Below the pieces are notes generated by a model. That model was not told the origin of the DNA and did not search any database. It saw only the letters and a list, made by a program, of their open reading frames with translations. A stretch of 64,000 nt of DNA from Macrostomum hystrix (taxonomy: Eukaryota > Animalia > Platyhelminthes), in assembly GCA_950097015.1 (NCBI GenBank), contig CATNEN010000025.1, forward strand, positions 1,302,001-1,366,000, read 5' to 3'. Below are positions 58,187-64,000 of the stretch, one piece after another. Numbering within the stretch: position 1 is the first letter of the stretch; each line of letters begins with the position of its first letter. Both the position numbers and the translations under genes were made by a program.

Positions 58187-61100
58187 TCAATAGCGTGCGC
58201 AAGAGCCTGAAACAGCTTCTCAGGAAGATGCTTAGCGAAGAAACTCAGAGTCTACCTGATCGGTGAGCATTGCTTTCATCTTATGCCTTCTTTGGTGTGC
58301 TCTTCTCTCCTCTCCTCTCCTCTTCTCTCCTCCCCTGTCCTCTCCTCTCCTCTCCTCTCCTCTCCTGTCCTCTCCTCTCCTCTCCTCTCCTGTCCTGTCC
58401 TGTCCTCTCCTCTCCTGTCCTCTCCTCTCCTGTCCTCTCCTCTCCTCTCCTGTCCTCTCCTCTCCTCTCCTCTCCTCTCCTCTCCTCTCCTCTCCTCTCC
58501 TCTCCTGTCCTGTCCTCTCCTCTCCTCTCCTCTCCTGTCCTCTCCTCTCCTCTCCTCTCCTCTCCTCTCCTCTCCTCTCCTGTCCTGTCCTCTCCTCTCC
58601 TCTCCTCTCCTCTCCTCTCCTGTCCTCTCCTCTCCTCTCCTCTCCTCTCCTCTCCTGTCCTCTCCTCTCCTCTCCTCTCCTCTCCTCTCCTCTCCTCTCC
58701 TCTCCTCTCCTCTCCTCTCCTCTCCTCTCCTCTCCTCTCCTCTCCTCTCCTGTCCTCTCCTCTCCTCTCCTCTCCTCTCCTCTCCTCTCCTCTCCTCTCC
58801 TCTCCTCTCCTCTCCTCTCCTCTCCTCTCCTCTTCTCTCCTCTCCTCTCCTCTCCTCTCCTCTCCTCTCCTCTTCTCTCCTCTTAAATTTATAATGAGTA
58901 AAATGATCGTGATTTACCTCTGAATTAATGCCATTTTCGTCTCAGCCACTACAATTAGCGGTTTCTTCTTTCCCAATAGGTGGGATCAACAATCGGAATT
59001 CAGCGACACTTCAGACGAAGTCAAATCTCTTTATCAGCCCCATCGCAGGTTGCCATCAGCTTCTGAGCAGCTCGATTTGTACATCCGGCAGTTTGAGATC
59101 CAGAGTGCCAGCCACTCTGCAGGTGGTGAGACTTCTCTGAGTTCTCTGACTTCTCTGACCTTTTTAGGTTTCTATGCAGACGCCGCTTTGACACTGGTGA
59201 CATCAGCGTTGAGAAGCGGAGTCGATACAGTACTGACCCTGGGACGATACCTTACTGACCCTGGGACGATACCTTACTGACCCTGGGATGATACCTTACT
59301 GACCCAGAGACGATACCATACTGACCCAGAGACGATACCATACTGACCCAGAGACGATACCATACTGACCCAGAGACGATACCATACTGACCCAGAGACG
59401 ATACCATACTGACCCAGAGACGATACCATACTGACCCAGAGACGATACCATACCCAGAGACGATACCATACTGTACTGACCCAAATACGATACCGTACTG
59501 ACCCAGATACGATACAGTACTGACCCAGATACGATACCATACTGACCAGATACGATAACCTTACCGACCCAGAGCCGATGTCTTACTGACCCAGAGAGAG
59601 ACGATACCACACTGACCCAGAGACGATACCATACTGACCCAGAGACGATACCATACGGACCCAGAGTCGATACCATACTGACCCAGAGACGATACCATAC
59701 TGACCCAGAGACGATACCATACCCAGAGACGATACCATACTGTACTGACCCAAATACGATACCGTACTGACCCAGATACGATACAGTACTGACCCAGATA
59801 CGATACCATACTGACCAGATACGATAACCTTACCGACCCAGAGCCGATGTCTTACTGACCCAGAGAGAGACGATACCACACTGACCCAGAGTCGATACCA
59901 TACGGACCCAGAGATGATGACAAACTGACCCACTGACGATACCTTACTGACCTAGAAATGGTACAATATTGACTCTGCGACAATAAAGTGATGAAACGCA
60001 GACGATACTGCGATAGCCGTACTAAACTGATTTGGTGTCTATGTGATGCAAGAATTGAATATGTCTTTATCAAAGCAAATCTTTTCTTTTAGCGAGAACA
60101 TGCCATTGCATGCCTAAAATCAGAGAACTGTTTGCTTCAGTCCCGCTGCTAGAAGCATAATTGGATTTGGAGCATGAATCAAAGTTTAGCCCAGGGGGGC
60201 AAAGAGATACTGCATTATTGGCACAGAATCCAATGCATGTCTGGCGCTGTCTTTCATTCGCCATTTTTAGGTTCTTTTGTAGCTTCGAATATTTCTTACA
60301 AAGCCAAAGGTTTGATACCAGACGAACATTTCAGTCGGTGGTGCTACAAAGGAATCAGAGACTTGCTCAGACTATAAAAACTTCACTTTAGTGAAAAACC
60401 ACATAATATTAGTTATAGTTAGCCGATATGTATCGAAACTGTTCTTATCAGGGTAAAAAACACCTGTTCCGCCAAAGAATCATAATTTCAGGTAGAGAAA
60501 CCCTTGTTAGTCAGAAGTAATTAACAGTAGAAAGAACACGGGGGGTATTTCATAAATCCACATTTTTTTTCACTTTTTTCTGTATCTTTTAAATATTCAG
60601 CCAATCGCCTAACTTTTGATTTTTGCGAAAATTGGTCATTCGATTTGGGAGCTATCGTGAAATACCCCCGTGGTCGTTCCCCGATAAGGCGAAACAATAG
60701 GAAGTGTGGTCTTTCTACTGTTAAAGAATATAACACAGATAAAGACTAGATAAAGACTAGACTAGAAGCATATAAAGCATACAGTCTTTGTTTTCTCTTT
60801 GCCAGTTCTCCCATCGGTTATCAGCGGCAGTCTCTCGCATGATTTATCTCTGGACGAAGACGATGGCGACAAAACGTTGGCGTCAAACTCGCCGGGAGCT
60901 GAACGACCTGCAATGTCCTGGCTGCGTGACTTGGACATTCGCCGTGTTGGCACGAAGTACTGGGACCTCGAAGCTGTTTGGCAGCAGCCCGAATCGTATC
61001 GGTGCGTTTTGGAGGCTCACAAACTCAGCGAGACGCTGACGGAGCGTCTGAAGCTGGTAGCGCCAAGTCCCCGGCTGCTCAGCGGTGATGAGAAGGCCAG

Positions 61101-61248
61101 AATTCGGAGCAGCCTGTTGCGCAAACAATTTGGAGCGAATGACAATGCCGACACCAGCGGATCTGTCAGAGAGAATGACAAACACTGCCAGCTTACAGGC
61201 GAACGATTGTCAGTTCTGATTGACAAGGCGCGCAGAGATTTTCTGTGA
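58187..61248 (+). CDS. Partial multi-exon gene of unknown function (5' end and middle unresolved)
   Basis: Exon-like blocks with canonical splice sites: 58187-58262, 58980-59125 (phase-compatible with the first), 59168-about 59230, and terminal 60806-61248 with GC-rich codons. No recognised domain. Confidence 0.45.
58300..58885. repeat. (CTCTC)n/(CTGTC)n pentanucleotide repeat
   Basis: Fills the intron between 58262 and 58980. Confidence 0.97.
59228..59955. repeat. 22-bp minisatellite (GACGATACCATACTGACCCAGA) with internal 270-bp duplication
   Basis: Variant block GCCGATGTCTTACTGACC at 59574 and 59844. Confidence 0.94.
60521..60724. mobile_element. 196-bp MITE with TTAA target duplication
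   Basis: TTAA-CAGTAGAAAGA (60521-35) and TCTTTCTACTG-TTAA (60710-24) are perfectly inverted; subterminal IR CACGGGGGGTATTTCA / TGAAATACCCCCGTG. Confidence 0.85.
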
Positions 61249-61324
61249 TATGCGATATTAAATAGTGATATGAGATTCAATGCAAGTTTATTTATTGCTC
61301 ATTTATAAATTATTATTCTGTGTA

Positions 61325-64000
61325 TGTAGATTTAGATTCGGTGTCTGTAAATTAGGATTCGGTGTCTGTAAATTAGGACTCTGTGTCTGTAAATTAGGAT
61401 TCTGTGTCTGTAAATTAGGATTCGGTGTCTGTAAATTAGGATTCGGTGTCTGTAAATTAGGACTCTGTGTCTGTAAATTAGGATTCGGTGTCTGTAAATT
61501 AGGATTCGGTGTCTGTAAATTAGGATTCGGTGTCTGTAGATTAGGATTATGTGTCTGTAAATTAGGATTATGTGTCTGTAAATTAGGATTCTGTGTCTGT
61601 AAATTAGGATTCTGTGTCTGTAAATTAGGATTCTGTGTCTGTAAATTAGGATTCTGTGTCTGTAGATTAGGATTTGGTGTCTGTAAATTAGAATTCGGTG
61701 TCTGTAAATTAGGATTCGGTGTCTGTAAATTAGGATTCTGTGTCTGTAGATTAGGATTCGGTGTCTGTAAATTAGGATTCTGTGTCTGTAGATTAGGATT
61801 CGGTGTCTGTAGATTAGGATTCGGTGTCTGTAAATTAGGATTCTGTGTCTGTAAATTAGGATTCGGTGTCTGTAAATTAGGATTCGGTGTCTGTAGATTA
61901 GGATTCTGTGTCTGTAGATTAGGATTCTGTGTCTGTAGATTAGGATTCTGTGTCTGTAAATTAGGATTCGGTGTCTGTAAATTAGGATTCGGTGTCTGTT
62001 AATTAGATTCGGTGTCTGTAAATTAGGATTCGGTGTCTGTAAATTAGGATTCGGTGTCTGTAAATTAGGATTCTGTGTCTGTAAATTAGGATTCTGTGTC
62101 TGTAGATTAGGATTCTGTGTCTGTAAATTAGGATTTTGTGTCTGTAAATTAGGATTATGTGTCTGTAAATTAGGATTCGGTGTCTCTAAATTAGGATTCA
62201 GTGTCTCTAAATTAGGATTCGGTGTCTGTAGATTAGGATTATGTGTCTGTAAATTAGGATTATGTGTCTGTAAATTAGGATTCTGTGTCTGTAAATTAGG
62301 ATTCTGTGTCTGTAAATTGGGATTCTGTGTCTGTAAATTAGGATTCTGTGTCTGTAGATTAGGATTTGGTGTCTGTAAATTAGAATTCGGTGTCTGTAAA
62401 TTAGGATTCGGTGTCTGTAAATTAGGATTCTGTGTCTGTAGATTAGGATTCGGTGTCTGTAAATTAGGATTCTGTGTCTGTAGATTAGGATTCGGTGTCT
62501 GTAGATTAGGATTCTGTGTCTGTAGATTAGGATTCTGTGTCTGTAAATTAGGATTCGGTGTCTGTAAATTAGGATTCGGTGTCTGTAAATTAGGATTCTG
62601 TGTCTGTAGATTATGATTCGGTGTCTGTAAATTAGGATTCGGTGTCTGTAAATTAGGATTCTGTGTCTGTAGATTAGGATTCGGTGTCTGTAAATTAGGA
62701 TTCTGTGTCTGTAGATTAGGATTCGGTGTCTGTAGATTAGGATTCGGTGTCTGTAAATTAGGATTCTGTGTCTGTAAATTAGGATTCGGTGTCTGTAAAT
62801 TAGGATTATGTGTCTGTAGATTAGGATTATGTGTCTGTAGATTAGGATTATGTGTCTGAAGATTAGGATTATGTGTCTGTAACTTAGGATTCGGTGTCTG
62901 TAGATTAGTATTCGGTGTCTCTAAATGAGGATTCTGTGTCTGTAGATTAGGATTATGTGTCTGTAACTTAGGATTCGGTGTCTGTAAATTAGGATTCTGT
63001 GTCTCTAAATTAGGATTCTGTGTCTGTAGATTAGGATTCTGTGTCTGTAAAGTAGGATTCGGTGTCTGTAAATTAGGATTCGGTGTCTGTTAATTAGGAT
63101 TCGGTGTCTGTAAATTAGGATTATGTGTCTGTAGATTAGGAATCGGTGTCTGTAAATTAGGATTCGGTGTCTGTAAATTAGGATTCTGTGTCTGTAAATT
63201 AGGATTCTGTGTCTGTAAATTAGGATTCTGTGTCTGTAGATTAGGATTCTGTGTCTGTAAATTAGGATTCTGTGTCTGTAGATTAGGATTCGGTGTCTGT
63301 AAATTAGGATTCTGTGTCTGTAGATTAGGATTCGGTGTCTGTAGATTAGGATTCTGTGTCTGTAGATTAGGATTCTGTGTCTGTAAATTAGGATTCGGTG
63401 TCTGTAAATTAGGATTCGGTGTCTGTAAATTAGGATTCTGTGTCTGTAGATTATGATTCGGTGTCTGTAAATTAGGATTCGGTGTCTGTAAATTAGGATT
63501 CTGTGTCTGTAGATTAGGATTCGGTGTCTGTAAATTAGGATTCTGTGTCTGTAGATTAGGATTCGGTGTCTGTAGATTAGGATTCGGTGTCTGTAAATTA
63601 GGATTCTGTGTCTGTAAATTAGGATTCGGTGTCTGTAAATTAGGATTATGTGTCTGTAGATTAGGATTATGTGTCTGTAGATTAGGATTATGTGTCTGAA
63701 GATTAGGATTATGTGTCTGTAACTTAGGATTCGGTGTCTGTAGATTAGTATTCGGTGTCTCTAAATGAGGATTCTGTGTCTGTAGATTAGGATTATGTGT
63801 CTGTAACTTAGGATTCGGTGTCTGTAGATTAGGATTCTGTGTCTGTAGATTAGGATTCTGTGTCTGTAGATTAGGATTCTGTGTCTGTAAAGTAGGATTC
63901 GGTGTCTGTAAATTAGGATTCGGTGTCTGTAGATTAGGATTCGGTGTCTGTAAATTAGGATTATGTGTCTGTAGATTAGGAATCGGTGTCTGTAAATTAG
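61325..64000. repeat. 21-bp satellite (GGATTC(G/T)GTGTCTGTA(A/G)ATTA), more than 125 copies, runs off the window
   Basis: Continuous array with an 840-bp higher-order duplication. Confidence 0.98.

Overview
Eukaryotic (invertebrate animal) genomic DNA. GT-AG introns, GC-rich poly-Q/poly-A coding exons, TTAGGG-like repeats and minisatellite-filled introns resemble a Macrostomum-type flatworm (inference, not verified). Supported genes: a 5-finger C2H2 zinc-finger protein (+), MED11 (+), an 11-exon BCH/CRAL-TRIO plus RhoGAP gene (ARHGAP1/8-like, +), an intronless DEG/ENaC channel (-), a PRODH2-like proline/hydroxyproline dehydrogenase (+), WBP2 (-) head-to-head with a CEP126-like gene (+), an innexin (+), and a partial gene of unknown function (+). 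Mobile DNA: three tRNA-headed SINE families, a deleted mariner, and three MITE types (a TTAA-flanked family in 3 copies, a 1.3-kb GGG-ended element with a 4-bp TSD, and a 0.4-kb element with an internal hairpin and exon-like cargo). About 30 tandem arrays are present, almost all with unrelated units. Most long introns are ordinary short introns inflated by one private minisatellite. Most long ORFs in the supplied track are translations of repeats or antisense shadows of real exons. Gene names come from recognised motifs; no database search was possible.
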